A DNA stretch of 63,410 nt, filler included, from Octopus bimaculoides (GCF_001194135.2; 6 parts of 6 records of this genome joined end to end with filler, not necessarily neighbours in it); one strand, 5' to 3'; positions 37,313 to 49,519 are shown, counted from the whole stretch's first letter. Translations and numbers: made by a program. The notes: a model not told the origin generated them from the sequence alone.

Positions 37313-38125
37313 AATACTTTCAACTGGAGGCACAAAGCCTCATATTTTTTCACTGGTACTTTATTTATCAACCCCAAAAGGANNNNNNNNNNNNNNNNNN
37401 NNNNNNNNNNNNNNNNNNNNNNNNNNNNNNNNNNNNNNNNNNNNNNNNNNNNNNNNNNNNNNNNNNNNNNNNNNNNNNNNNNNNNNNNNNNNNNNNNNNN
37501 NNNNNNNNNNNNNNNNNNNNNNNNNNNNNNNNNNNNNNNNNNNNNNNNNNNNNNNNNNNNNNNNNNNNNNNNNNNNNNNNNNNNNNNNNNNNNNNNNNNN
37601 NNNNNNNNNNNNNNNNNNNNNNNNNNNNNNNNNNNNNNNNNNNNNNNNNNNNNNNNNNNNNNNNNNNNNNNNNNNNNNNNNNNNNNNNNNNNNNNNNNNN
37701 NNNNNNNNNNNNNNNNNNNNNNNNNNNNNNNNNNNNNNNNNNNNNNNNNNNNNNNNNNNNNNNNNNNNNNNNNNNNNNNNNNNNNNNNNNNNNNNNNNNN
37801 NNNNNNNNNNNNNNNNNNNNNNNNNNNNNNNNNNNNNNNNNNNNNNNNNNNNNNNNNNNNNNNNNNNNNNNNNNNNNNNNNNNNNNNNNNNNNNNNNNNN
37901 NNNNNTATATATATATATATATATTTATTTATTTATTTTTATTTTTGCGTGGTATTGGTATGTCCTTTAGAGATGCTTCTATTAACCCTGATCTCGACGA
38001 AAATGTAAGACTCACTATACCTTACCTCTATTCTCACAACACTATATGCATTCTTATACATTAGTATATCCTCCACCTTTCCAGACCTTCATCTCTCAGA
38101 CCAGGCATTTAAACAGACTTCTCAG

Positions 38126-38177
38126 CATTCTGAAGAGATCTGCCAATTAAATTGGCAAATCGAAACGATCGTAAATG
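38126..38177 (+). ncRNA. Intact minimal type I hammerhead ribozyme
   Basis: CAUU-CUGAAGA-GAU(cUGCCAAU uaa AUUGGCA a)AUC-GAAAC-GAUC-GU-A-AAUG. All core nucleotides and three stems present; predicted cleavage after GUA at 38173. Confidence 0.85.
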
Positions 38178-39352
38178 GAACATTACATAACGTCAACCTA
38201 ATTGATTAAATTAATGGCTAACTAGCGCAATCGACCTGCTTCTTCCTGTGTTTGTTTCTCCATTCTCTACATGATTATATATATATATATAGATACATAC
38301 ATACATACATACATACTTACATACATACATACATACATACATAGATATGGTCTGTGTATTGTGTTCTTGAGCAAGACACTTTATTTCACCTTGCTCCAGT
38401 TCACCCATCTGTAAAAATGGGTTGTGACGTCAATGGTCCCAAACTGTATAGGCCTTTGCCTTTCCCTTGGGTTACATTGGTGGCATGGAGAGGGACGGCT
38501 GGTATGCATGGGTGACTGCTGGTCTTCCATAAGCAACCTTGCTCGGGCTTGTGCCTGGGAGGGTAACTTTCTAGGTGCAATCCCATGGTCATTCATGAGC
38601 GAATGGGGGTTTTTACACTTTTTACTCTCTATATATATCAATATGTATGTATGTATGTGTGTGTGGAGAGGAGTGTATGTGTACGTTTGAGTTTGTTTAT
38701 GGATAGAGAGAAAGAGAGAGAGACAGAGAGAGAGAGACAGAGAGAGAGAGACAGAGAGAGGGATAGGCAGACAGACAAGGAGAGATAGTCAGACAGAGGT
38801 TGTTCATTATGCTTAGAGCTTTTTAATCGCCGATCAGCACTGATCAAACAGATTATAATCCAATATTCCAACAGTGGCCATTGTTGTCTTTATATGTCAG
38901 AAACAGCGTATCAAAGAACGACCTTATCTAATGTTATTTTCTTTTCTTTACAACATTGATGCAGAACCGAAAAAGCAATTTGACTGTTATTTCTAGAACA
39001 TCGAACAAAATCCGTAAAAGCCTCCAACGTTGACTCATAGACAGTGGGCTATTAGAAGGAAGAAGTAATGGAATAAGAGCAAAGGACAAGCGATGCAGAC
39101 GTAGAAGATGAAAGCGAGGCGATAAGAAGAATTAAAGAGGGTAACTGCATATGTTAAGAAGTCAGAAAAAGGTTAATGATGACCGAGTGTAGTGGTAGAT
39201 TGCCGAGGTGGTGGTGAATGACAGAGGTTACGTTCAAAAGAGAGAGAGAGAGAGAGATGAGGGTCTTTAGTGAAGCAGAGAAAATATGGTGACAGAGACA
39301 GAGAGATAGGTAATAGAATTGTTGTTATAGAAGTAGTAGTAGCAGTAGTAGT

Positions 39353-39408
<56 letters not shown>

Positions 39409-39497
39409 TAGTAATAGTTGCAGCTTGTTACTGTTCATTAGACAGACCCAAGATTAACTAGTCTGCTGAATCGTGTAAACTTTCTTCTTTGTGTATG

Positions 39498-39554
<57 letters not shown>

Positions 39555-39774
39555 TTATCTATACATGCTTACATGCGTATATATATATATATATATATAT
39601 ATANNNNNNNNNNNNNNNNNNNNNNNNNNNNNNNNNNNNNNNNNNNNNNNNNNNNNNNNNNNNNNNNNNNNNNNNNNNNNNNNNNNNNNNNNNNNNNNNN
39701 NNNNNNNNNNNNNNNNNNNNNNNNNNNNNNNNNNNNNNNNNNNNNNNNNNNNNNNNNNNNNNNNNNNNNNNNNA

Positions 39775-39870
39775 GAGTTTCACGTTCCCGTTCATCGGAC
39801 AGTTATGATCATGAATCTCCCTTCGGTATTCGAGTACTATTTTACCCACCTTGCTTTTTTACATTTATGC
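39775..39870. mobile_element. Family F repeat, third copy (cut by a gap)
   Basis: Minus strand ACUGU-CCGAUGA-AC-gggaac-GU-GAAAC-UCU, then an N gap. Followed on + by the same GGTATTCGAGTACTATTTT.CCCACCTTG tract as the other copies. Confidence 0.7.
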
Positions 39871-39875
39871 GCTTA

Positions 39876-39922
<47 letters not shown>

Positions 39923-40030
39923 ATGAATGTCTGTGTAAGTGCGTATGTCCCTAGGCCGAATTTATTTGTCTCTAGGCTAAACCGATAATAGCCATGCCCA
40001 TTTATGGATGCATTTTCAAATAATATGTGG

Positions 40031-40290
40031 TTAATAAAAACCACGTGTGCTAAAAATCTTGTCCTTATTATGTACAATTGCCGATACGGTTGTCCGACTC
40101 ATCCCAAAAGATAGTGCAATTGCTACCAGTTTTTCATCTTTTTCATGGCGTTTTGTCATAACCAGTTTATCTTCCAGCGTTATACGCTTGCTATGGTTCT
40201 CCCTGAACACTCCGTTCATATCTGGCTGAAGGGAAATTTGTATTTATAATTTCAGAGCCGGTGGGCATGATACCAGCCCAGTGTTCATGC
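40031..40290 (-). mobile_element. Tigger1-like transposase N-terminal fragment
   Basis: KRITLEDKLVMTKRHEKDEKLVAIALSFGMSRTTVSAIVHNKDKI = CENP-B N-terminal HTH. Confidence 0.75.
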
Positions 40291-40545
40291 AGCTGTCACA
40301 AATTGGTGTTTCACTTGTTCAAGGGTAAGGAGAATTGAAAAATGGGGTGAGAATACTGACAGGCTTCTCGCGACCGTTTTGGACCTTCGAAAGCTATTAA
40401 CGAAACGTGATGCGTGCTCATACCGAGTCATGTCATTATCGATTATGATAATATATATATATACATATGTTTGTATGAGTGTGCAAACGCACACATACAC
40501 ACACACATATATATATATAAATGTGCATGTGTGTATGCCTGTTTT

Positions 40546-40596
<51 letters not shown>

Positions 40597-40619
40597 GTGC
40601 ATGTGTGTATGCCTGTTTT

Positions 40620-40666
<47 letters not shown>

Positions 40667-40676
40667 ATGAGAGAAG

Positions 40677-41003
40677 CGAAAAATGGAGTTAGCAAGAATC
40701 TTTATTCAACACAACAATCGTTTCGACCCATCTTGCTTCTGTCACTTACGGGTGGGATATTGTATAACTAGTTGCGTTGCATCCACCAGTGCAGGCGGCA
40801 TCTCGTCAGGTGTCTCGTTTTAAATAAGATACTTGTCTACATATACTGTATCTTATTCACAACAAAACTCCTGACAAGATGGAGAATGTACTGGTGGATG
40901 CAACTCAACTAGCCGTACAATAACCCACCCGTAAAGAACAGATGCAGAATGGGTCGAAACGATCGTTGTGTTGTACAAAAATTCTTGCTAACTCCATTTT
41001 TCG
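40677..41003. mobile_element. Head-to-head inverted pair of hammerhead-bearing units (156-bp arms)
   Basis: 40677-40832 is an imperfect reverse complement of 40848-41003, with a 15-nt spacer. Confidence 0.88.
40708..40814 (-). ncRNA. Hammerhead ribozyme with ~80-nt insertion in stem II
   Basis: GACAC-CUGACGA-GAU...GUC-GAAAC-GAUU-GU-U-GUGUU. The partner on + (40866-40972) has CUGACAA (G8A) and GAAAC-GAUC-GU-U. Confidence 0.72.
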
Positions 41004-41184
41004 GTTTCCTTATTCATTATAAACTCGACGAAGACTGCGGAATTCCTGACGTAGATCCAGTGACAATTGTATCATAACTGTGGATGACATCAGGTAGTCT
41101 AAACGGTGAAAATGCTTTAATAGGCATTCTACTAAACACATACCGTAAGTCCAAATAATTATACATACATACGCACAGACACAC

Positions 41185-41254
<70 letters not shown>

Positions 41255-42220
41255 GTTTATGTATGTATACAGACATATATATGTGTGTGAGTCAATATAC
41301 GTATACACCAGACACTTGTATGTACATATGAAACGGAGAGATCAAGTGGGTGAGAGGGGAAAAAAGTAAACAAGATATAAAGTAAATTGTAAGAAAAGAA
41401 ACTGATGGATAGATAGGTAAGAAACTTCAAAGAAGGGGAATAAAAAATAAAGATGGAAGTAGTACTGTAGAAGATGCTGCTGCTGGTGGTGGTGGTGGTG
41501 ATGATGATGATGGGAGGTGGAGATCCTATCTGTATAGCAAGGAGAAAAAAAAATGTCTAAAGTAAAGAAAACTATATAATAGAAACTGAATAAGAAAACA
41601 AAAATATAAACATTAACCATATTAAAGAGACAGTGAGTGATAGATTAGCAATGGAGGGATTTAGAACAGACACCAAGATGGCTGCGTCGCTGAACATCTA
41701 TATGTGACTGCTGTAAATATATATACATATATAGATATACATACATACATACATGCATACATACATACATATATATGCGTCTTTATATGTGTGTATGTGT
41801 ATGTGTATGTGTTTATGTATGGATGTATGCATATACACATATATACACATATATATGTTTCTATGAGTGTTTGTGTGTCGTTATATATAATATATATATA
41901 TATGTGTGTGTATGTATGTACTTGTGTGTGTTTGTATATATATGTATATATATATATGTATGCTTGTATGTATGTATGTGTATGGAGGGGAAAGAGAGAG
42001 ATTTAATGGAATCATTCAATGGATGGATCGACAGATGGATTCATGGTTGAATAGGCAGACTTATTTAGATGGTTTATACATATTTAAACATATACATACA
42101 CATACACATACACATATACATGTGTGTCTGTATCTATGTGTGTGTGTGTGTGTGTGCGTACTTTTGCGTGTGTTTGCGTGTGTTTGCATGTGTTCATGTG
42201 TGTGTGTGTGTGTGTATTTA

Positions 42221-42257
<37 letters not shown>

Positions 42258-42538
42258 GTGTGTGTTCGTGTGTGTGTCTGTGTGTCTGTCTGTCTGTGTG
42301 CATGCATGCATGGGTGAGTATTTGTGCGTGTGTGTGTGTGTGTGTATGTCAATGTTTTAGGGAGAGTGCTGCAATAGGAGAGCTGAATAGCCAACAGTTA
42401 GAAGTGAAAGCTCTGAGGGCTGAAAGAGGGGGAGATGAAGAAGAATGAAGAAGAAGAAGAAGAAGAAGAAGAAGAAGAAGAAGAAGAAGAAGAAGAAGAA
42501 GAAGAAGAAGAAGAAGAAGAAAAAGAAGAAGCAGTTGC

Positions 42539-42584
<46 letters not shown>

Positions 42585-42585
42585 A

Positions 42586-42627
<42 letters not shown>

Positions 42628-43320
42628 TAGTAGTGAACGGCATTATGTGTTATTAACTGGAATAGTTGAATAGCAGTAATGTCTGCTGTAGTTGCTTGTA
42701 AAAGATCCAGTTGAGATGGTCATGTTTGGTTGGTTTGTAATAACAGAGGGCAGATTTGTTGTGGGAAAATATACCAAGAAGAAAGAGCAGCATAGAAGAA
42801 ACAAAGCGTGTGTGATGGCGAATACCGAAAGAAAGGAATTATGAAAGAAGGAGTTGTGTGGAAGCACAATTGCTGATGGAGCTGCTAGCTATTAACATCC
42901 TCTTTTAAGATTCTATCTCATATTTTGCTCTCTGAAGATCGAGTCGTCCTCTACTTTATAACAATCTTATCATTGTCTACTGGAAATGCACTTATGTTAC
43001 ATCTATTCTGGAAACAGCTGTAAAAAAACTCTCTGCACACTGTCTTACAGCCTTCTTTCTAGTCTACTCTCTATACTCACAACTATTATGTTTAAATATA
43101 TAAATTCCATTCTCTAACCTGTCTCTAATTTTTTAGCTGTTCACTCTTTCTTCTGCACATGTAACTGCTCAATGAAAAATCATATTGTTAGGCAGCTACA
43201 ACATTTGTTTTAGTCCTAGCTCATGCTGGAGTTTTAGGTGAGAAATCCACTTGAGCATTTATTGTATATACCTATTACATTACGTCATTAAACGTGATTC
43301 TACCTGAACTCTACAATCTC

Positions 43321-43367
<47 letters not shown>

Positions 43368-43467
43368 NNNNNNNNNNNNNNNNNNNNNNNNNNNNNNNNN
43401 NNNNNNNNNNNTTAATTAATTAANNNNNNNNNNNNNNNNNNNNNNNNNNNNNNNNNNNNNNNNNNNN
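43368..43467. other. Artificial scaffold linker
   Basis: Same 100-bp structure. Confidence 0.97.
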
Positions 43468-44279
43468 ATATACTTGTAAATTTTGTTCGACTCTATTATT
43501 CTTTCTATTCTTTCATTCTTTCTTTCAGCCCCTTCACACTTTATTCTTTCCACTCTTCCTTCGTTCCCCCTCTCTCAGAAATTCCTGGCTTGCTCTTCAT
43601 GCTCACTTTCCTTCCTTTTTCAATTCACTGTGTCCCTTTCATTTTTTCTCGCCCCTCCTGAATTCTTCTATCCCTCTGCCTCTACATCTTTCTGTTCTCT
43701 CCCCACGTGACCGGTGTTCGACCAAGCATGACCTTTCTTTCTTGATTCGACTACCATCCGTGCAACATCTATATTCCGACTTGTGCCTGTCAAGTCATAT
43801 GTCGCTGCCGTAAGGCTTTACTTCCGCACACGCCAGCTTAATTTAATTCGTCCTTAGTCGAAAGACACCCGTTGTTAATATCCTGTTCGTTGTTTTTATG
43901 TACCATTGCTCAGTTTTTTCCGTCCTTGTTTTCGTATACATCACTGCTTTCCTCCAAGGAATCTAATGCTCTTAGCTTTAGTTTTTACTTAGGATTAGCC
44001 TGATTGGAGCAACCTTGAGTATAACCAGCCGAAATTGCAATGATAATCTGGAACTCAACTGAAGAAAGTAAACTCCGAATGACCCGTCCTTGTTTTTGTA
44101 TAGTCTGTCTGGATGTTTTGTTGTCCCTTTTTTGTATCACCTGTCTGGATGTTTTGCGTCCTTGTCCCATTTTTGTATTTTTTGTATATAGAACATATAG
44201 CGGCGTACCTACATGTTGGTCTCTTATATATGTATACAGCTATACATAAATATATTTTTATATATAGCTATAGATATAT

Positions 44280-44284
44280 AGTTT

Positions 44285-44338
<54 letters not shown>

Positions 44339-44502
44339 TGGATATAGATCTATATATATATATAAAGCTATATATTAAGCTGTATATATATAAATAACTA
44401 TATATAGATATATATATATAGAGCCATATATATATGTACATGTGTATATATATATGTATATATATATATATATAGGTATATAGCTATATACATATATATG
44501 TC

Positions 44503-44585
<83 letters not shown>

Positions 44586-44710
44586 GTATATGTATATATG
44601 GGTATATATATAGCTATACATATATAGCTATGTATATATATGTATATATATAGCTATATATTTATATATATATGTATATAGCTAAATATAAATATATATA
44701 TACATAGATA
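44280..44710. repeat. Long degenerate (TA)n tract
   Basis: Seen directly. Many further (CA)n, (TA)n, (GA)n, (GATA)n, (TAG)n and (GAA)n tracts occur throughout the window. Confidence 0.95.
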
Positions 44711-44849
44711 TATTTAAATTCAATAATAGGACCAATTCTTTTACAAGAATTTAGCAAGTAGATGGATATTTTCCCTTATGAGGTTTTTTCACGCTAGCTA
44801 CTTGATAAATTCTTGTAAAAGAATTCGTCCTATTATTGAATTTAAATAT
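44710..44849. repeat. Inverted repeat, 52-bp arms (50/52)
   Basis: 44710-44761 vs 44798-44849, between a long TA-rich tract and a hammerhead-ending unit. Confidence 0.88.
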
Positions 44850-45033
44850 ATTACCAGAATATATTCAGTACTGAATTTATTTTGAGAAAAAAGCATATTT
44901 AACGAGATGCAATTCGAAATTCCCGCCACTTACATAGGGGAATAGCGATGAACAGTCTCCTATATACTATATTGGATACACGATGTTCGAGTGGTATGTT
45001 GATTTTCTGTTTATCTCTATTTCTCTTGACCAT

Positions 45034-45094
45034 ATTATACTGACGAGTAGAGGTTGTATAATACTACAATAACTACGAAATCATGATCTATAAT
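45034..45094 (+). ncRNA. Intact minimal type I hammerhead ribozyme
   Basis: AUUAUA-CUGACGA-GUAG...CUAC-GAAA-UCAUGAU-C-UAUAAU. 6-bp stem I, palindromic stem III (AUCAUGAU), predicted cleavage after AUC at 45088. Confidence 0.87.
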
Positions 45095-45991
45095 TTAGTC
45101 TGTNNNNNNNNNNNNNNNNNNNNNNNNNNNNNNNNNNNNNNNNNNNNNNNNNNNNNNNNNNNNNNNNNNNNNNNNNNNNNNNNNNNNNNNNNNNNNNNNN
45201 NNNNNNNNNNNNNNNNNNNNNNNNNNNNNNNNNNNNNNNNNNNNNNNNNNNNNNNNNNNNNNNNNNNNNNNNNNNNNNNNNNNNNNNNNNNNNNNNNNNN
45301 NNNNNNNNNNNNNNNNNNNNNNNNNNNNNNNNNNNNNNNNNNNNNNNNNNNNNNNNNNNNNNNNNNNNNNNNNNNNNNNNNNNNNNNNNNNNNNNNNNNN
45401 NNNNNNNNNNNNNNNNNNNNNNNNNNNNNNNNNNNNNNNNNNNNNNNNNNNNNNNNNNNNNNNNNNNNNNNNNNNNNNNNNNNNNNNNNNNNNNNNNNNN
45501 NNNNNNNNNNNNNNNNNNNNNNNNNNNNNNNNNNNNNNNNNNNNNNNNNNNNNNNNNNNNNNNNNNNNNNNNNNNNNNNNNNNNNNNNNNNNNNNNNNNN
45601 NNNNNNNNNNNNNNNNNNNNNNNNNNNNNNNNNNNNNNNNNNNNNNNNNNNNNNNNNNNNNNNNNNNNNNNNNNNNNNNNNNNNNNNNNNNNNNNNNNNN
45701 NNNNNNNNNNNNNNNNNNNNNNNNNNNNNNNNNNNNNNNNNNNNNNNNNNNNNNNNNNNNNNNNNNNNNNNNNNNNNNNNNNNNNNNNNNNNNNNNNNNN
45801 NNNNNNNNNNNNNNNNNNNNNNNNNNNNNNNNNNNNNNNNNNNNNNNNNNNNNNNNNNNNNNNNNNNNNNNNNNNNNNNNNNNNNNNNNNNNNNNNNNNN
45901 NNNNNNNNNNNNNNNNNNNNNNNNNNNNNNNNNNNNNNNNNNNNNNNNNNNNNNNNNNNNNNNNNNNNNNNNNNNNNNNNNNNNNNNNNNN

Positions 45992-46037
<46 letters not shown>

Positions 46038-46244
46038 TGTATGTATGTATGTATGTATGTATGTATGTATGTATATATATATATTAATAGTTATCGCCGA
46101 GCCAAAATGGCAGTCCAAAAAATAGGACGAATGCTGCCGTTGATTAGCTCCAAGAAATCATCGCCTCTATGTGACATACGAACCTGTGTCTATTATAACC
46201 TTCGAATAGGGGAGGTCAGCCGCTTCCACTTGCTGGTCTGGCAT

Positions 46245-46284
46245 CTACAGACTAGTTTCGGGGTATTGCCCCTTATAAATGTAG
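46245..46284 (-). ncRNA. Decayed hammerhead motif
   Basis: CUACA-uuuauaa-GGGG(caaua)CCCC-GAAAC-UAG-U-C-UGUAG. All stems and GAAAC perfect, but CUGANGA has 3 substitutions. Confidence 0.5.
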
Positions 46285-46769
46285 AGCAGCCGAACCCAGA
46301 GGCGTTGCTACTGACTGTCTGTACGAAGGATTATTTACCTAAATTCAGTGGAATACATCTGGTTTTCAAAAATAGAAATATTAATGTTTCTAAGTCTCTC
46401 TAAAGGAGACTACGGCAGCGGTACTGGATATTAATAGTTATCACCAAGCCAACATGTCAGTCCAAAAAATAGAAATATTAATATTTATAAGTCTCTCTAA
46501 TCTTTCGTACAAGTTGTACGTTGTGGCCTGAAAATTTGTTATTCTGCCGGGAACTGTATATTTTATTTATTCTTTCTGAACTGTTGTCTTTCCTTTCTCT
46601 TTCTTTTATGAACTTTTTTTTAGTTCGAACTGTTTATTTTATTTCTTNNNNNNNNNNNNNNNNNNNNNNNNNNNNNNNNNNNNNNNNNNNNNNNNNNNNN
46701 NNNNNNNNNNNNNNNNNNNNNNNNNNNNNNNNNNNNNNNNNNNNNNNNNNNNNNNNNNNNNNNNNGTTG

Positions 46770-47010
46770 TTTAATTCTAATGTGGGCATTTTTCTCATGG
46801 CAGAGAACACAAAGATAAATAAGGCTACTGCTGTGGAGTGGGAGATTATCCCACCCAAGAAGTGGTTAAATGATCTCAGGGAAAGAACGGTGGTGTTACG
46901 GACCTACTCTAGGTCACTCGACACCATTACGGTCTTTCCCAGGGTTGACATTGAGAAGGAGTTGGCAGAATATCTGCCAACTATTAAGTTTATGGCAAGG
47001 GGTGTAAAAT
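46770..47010 (+). mobile_element. Possible LINE ORF1 N-terminal fragment
   Basis: Open non-repetitive frame MAENTKINKATAVEWEIIPPKKW...RERTVVLRTY...DIEKELAEYLPTIKFMARG ending at a microsatellite; no splice signals. Assignment is by impression only. Confidence 0.35.
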
Positions 47011-47099
47011 ATTCACACACACACACACGTATGTATATATATATATATATATATATATTTGTTAAGTAAGATATAAGTTAGAGGTTATGCAACCATCTA

Positions 47100-49420
47100 A
47101 GGGGTAGATGTATCTGTTGGCACTCCTGGTATATTACCACAGATAGGCCACGTTGTAAGGTATAGGGTAGTAGGTAATTTAAAGGTAAAACCGTGGTTTA
47201 ATATATATATAGAAGATAAGAAAGGAGCAATAATTAAGAATGAGAAGTGGATCATTGGTGTTTTAAAGTAATTGTTTGATTTAATTAGGAGACTGTTTAC
47301 ATCTGTTTCTGTTTATTAAAATGAGGTAAATTTACAGCTTCAGAACGATTATTTGGATAAAAAAGGCAAAGACAAAGAGAAGGAAAAAAGAAAAAGAAAA
47401 AGAAAAAGAAAAGTAGTTCGTTAAAGCAATAGTCTTACATTTTAGTGATTTGTCAGTCGATTCCTTCATTCGATGTTTACGGCGGTGTTGGCCGAAGGAG
47501 TTATATCTGGTGGGGATATCCAGTGTTGTTATTTGACATAAGTAACACTAAATTGTGGCTTCTAAGTTTGACCCTGTAATTTCAATGGAAGCCCTAGTAT
47601 AAAGTAGGTATGTTATTTAAAATTAGTACGATATAATTTATACATATACGCTATGTAAAGGAATATTAGAAAGGATTGGAGAGTACATAAAAAAACCCTT
47701 AAAATCAATATAAGAAAATATAACGTGTAATATGGGTCGGTAGTCTAGCTAACACGTGAATTTAAAATATAGGAAAAAGATGCCCTAGCGTACTACGTAG
47801 ATTAAATATATAGTTCAGTTAATCGGGGTATTTGGTTTATAATGTGAAGTGAGGTTAAGTAGTGCTATGTAGTAAGTGGGATGGTTAAGGTAGGTAATAA
47901 TAGGTTAAGCAGGTCCGCTAATAACCTGTAAAGTAGGGGGTTAGCGATATTTAAAGGATAAGTAGGGTTTAGCGATATTTCGATAAGAATTTATCTTAAT
48001 GAAACAAAAAAATTTTCTCGTCTCGTTTATTGAGTAAATCTGATTTGACCATTAGTATGAAGAATTTCTTACTTACACAAAGATTACAACGATTATTATT
48101 AATGTTATATGAAGAAGTTCTGGTTAGGATACGCCATTCTAAACTATAATTAATATTATTGTCTTTCTGTTCCTAAATGTAACTACTAGATCCGGTAGAG
48201 TTCACTGTACTTCTATTTCTGAAACTAGAGCGATGGGAGTTATATCTAAATATCATTTCATTTTTAGTTGTCCCAATATAAGTCTTCTTGCAATTATTTG
48301 CGAGTACATCGCATTGGTAGATTACGTGTTTAGTTTTACATCTATTTGAAAATTTACAATTGTTTTTATCTCTGCAGCCACAAAGATTATTAAACTTGTC
48401 TGTGTCTATGATATGTTGAGGTGGGTTATTATTTATAATGTTGCTGTCCGCGTGATTTCAGGGCAGGTTATTAGGGAGGTCATTTATTATATCTGTCGAT
48501 TGGTTGTGTTTTATATTGCTATTCTTCCTAGTTTCATAGAATTCGTCTTGGTTTTTATTGTTGATAGAGGTTATGATAGTAGCTAAGTTGCTAGTTAAGC
48601 TATGGCCTATTCTAATTTTATTCATAAAGATTTCTGAGTATTTGGTATTCAAGTTAAAATGCTTATCTATAAATTTCATTATCGATTTCATTATGTTTGT
48701 TTTAAGCTGCATCGCGAAAGGGATTATTAACTAGATGTTATCTTTATTTCGTTTTATATTTTTAATATTATTATTTTTGGTGTAGAAACTGTCCTCGGTA
48801 TTATTGTAGATCGTAAAGTTATGGTTATAATTATTATTCATCTTTCTATAGTTATTTTTATTATTATAGTAATTTTTTAATCAGTTTTATTGGGGTTGTT
48901 GCTGTACAATTTATATATTTTATATACGTTGGTATTATCATTTCTAACAAGGGTTATATTGGTTCTTACCAGTACGTTATTTTTATATCTTTTATATTTT
49001 TATTATTGTTCATATTAATATTCTTGGTATTGTTATTCTTCCCATTACTGGTATTTCTATCGTTATCAATTTTAATGTAATTTATATTAATCTGAATCTT
49101 ATCATACTTCTTAATATTTTTGTTATTATAATTGTTAAACTTATTAATATTGTTCATATTGTTATTGTGGTTGTTAGTGTCATTTGGGGTATAATTCCTA
49201 TTATTATAATAGTTTTGGGTATTTATGTTATTCAGGTTATTTTTATAGGTTTCCGAGTTTATGTATTTAATTGTTTGCTTATAACCTGCTTTTTCTAATG
49301 CGCTGTTGTAGAATTCCTTATACTTATTGAAGATATCTTCGTTAGAAGAGAGGCATGAAATTCTTTTGCTGATGCCTTGTACTATTCCTCATTTAATAAA
49401 GTTTGGATGGTTGCTAAGAG
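47100..49420 (-). mobile_element. Penelope-like element, 3' ~2.3 kb (thumb, Asn-rich insert, Cys linker, GIY-YIG, 3' UTR)
   Basis: SNHPNFIK*GI..GISKRISCLSSNEDIFN...YNSALEKAGY; KTNI...KFIDKHF; LCGCRDKNNCKFSNRCKTKHVIYQCDV...TYIGTT...RYNSHRSSF...LEWRIL...RCNLCV...LLNKRDE. Confidence 0.92.
47295..47346 (-). ncRNA. Decayed hammerhead motif in the PLE 3' UTR
   Basis: GUU-CUGAAG-CUG...uuuaccucauu...CA-GAAAC-AGAU-GU-A-AAC; one core nucleotide missing. Confidence 0.55.
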
Positions 49421-49519
49421 CGTTACGACTGGGAATGTATAGACCATCCACGTTGGCCTCAGCAGTTGACTGCGGAGGTCTTAAATCATAGTGAAGTCAT
49501 GGAGGTCGAAAAGACCTGT

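Noticed and set aside
42932-43022. Hammerhead candidate CUGAAGA...GAAACAGCUGUA
   Set aside because: Stems I and II do not pair convincingly; kept only as supporting context.
27110-43367. Remaining ZNF277 exons downstream of 26114
   Set aside because: No LQCLYCEK/HMRKK-like exon was found, and this is a different scaffold beyond the linker.
43995-44085. Two hammerhead-like remnants (CUGAUUG...GAAAUUGCAAU; CUGAAGAAAG...CCGAAU)
   Set aside because: Several core mismatches and no valid NUH triplet.
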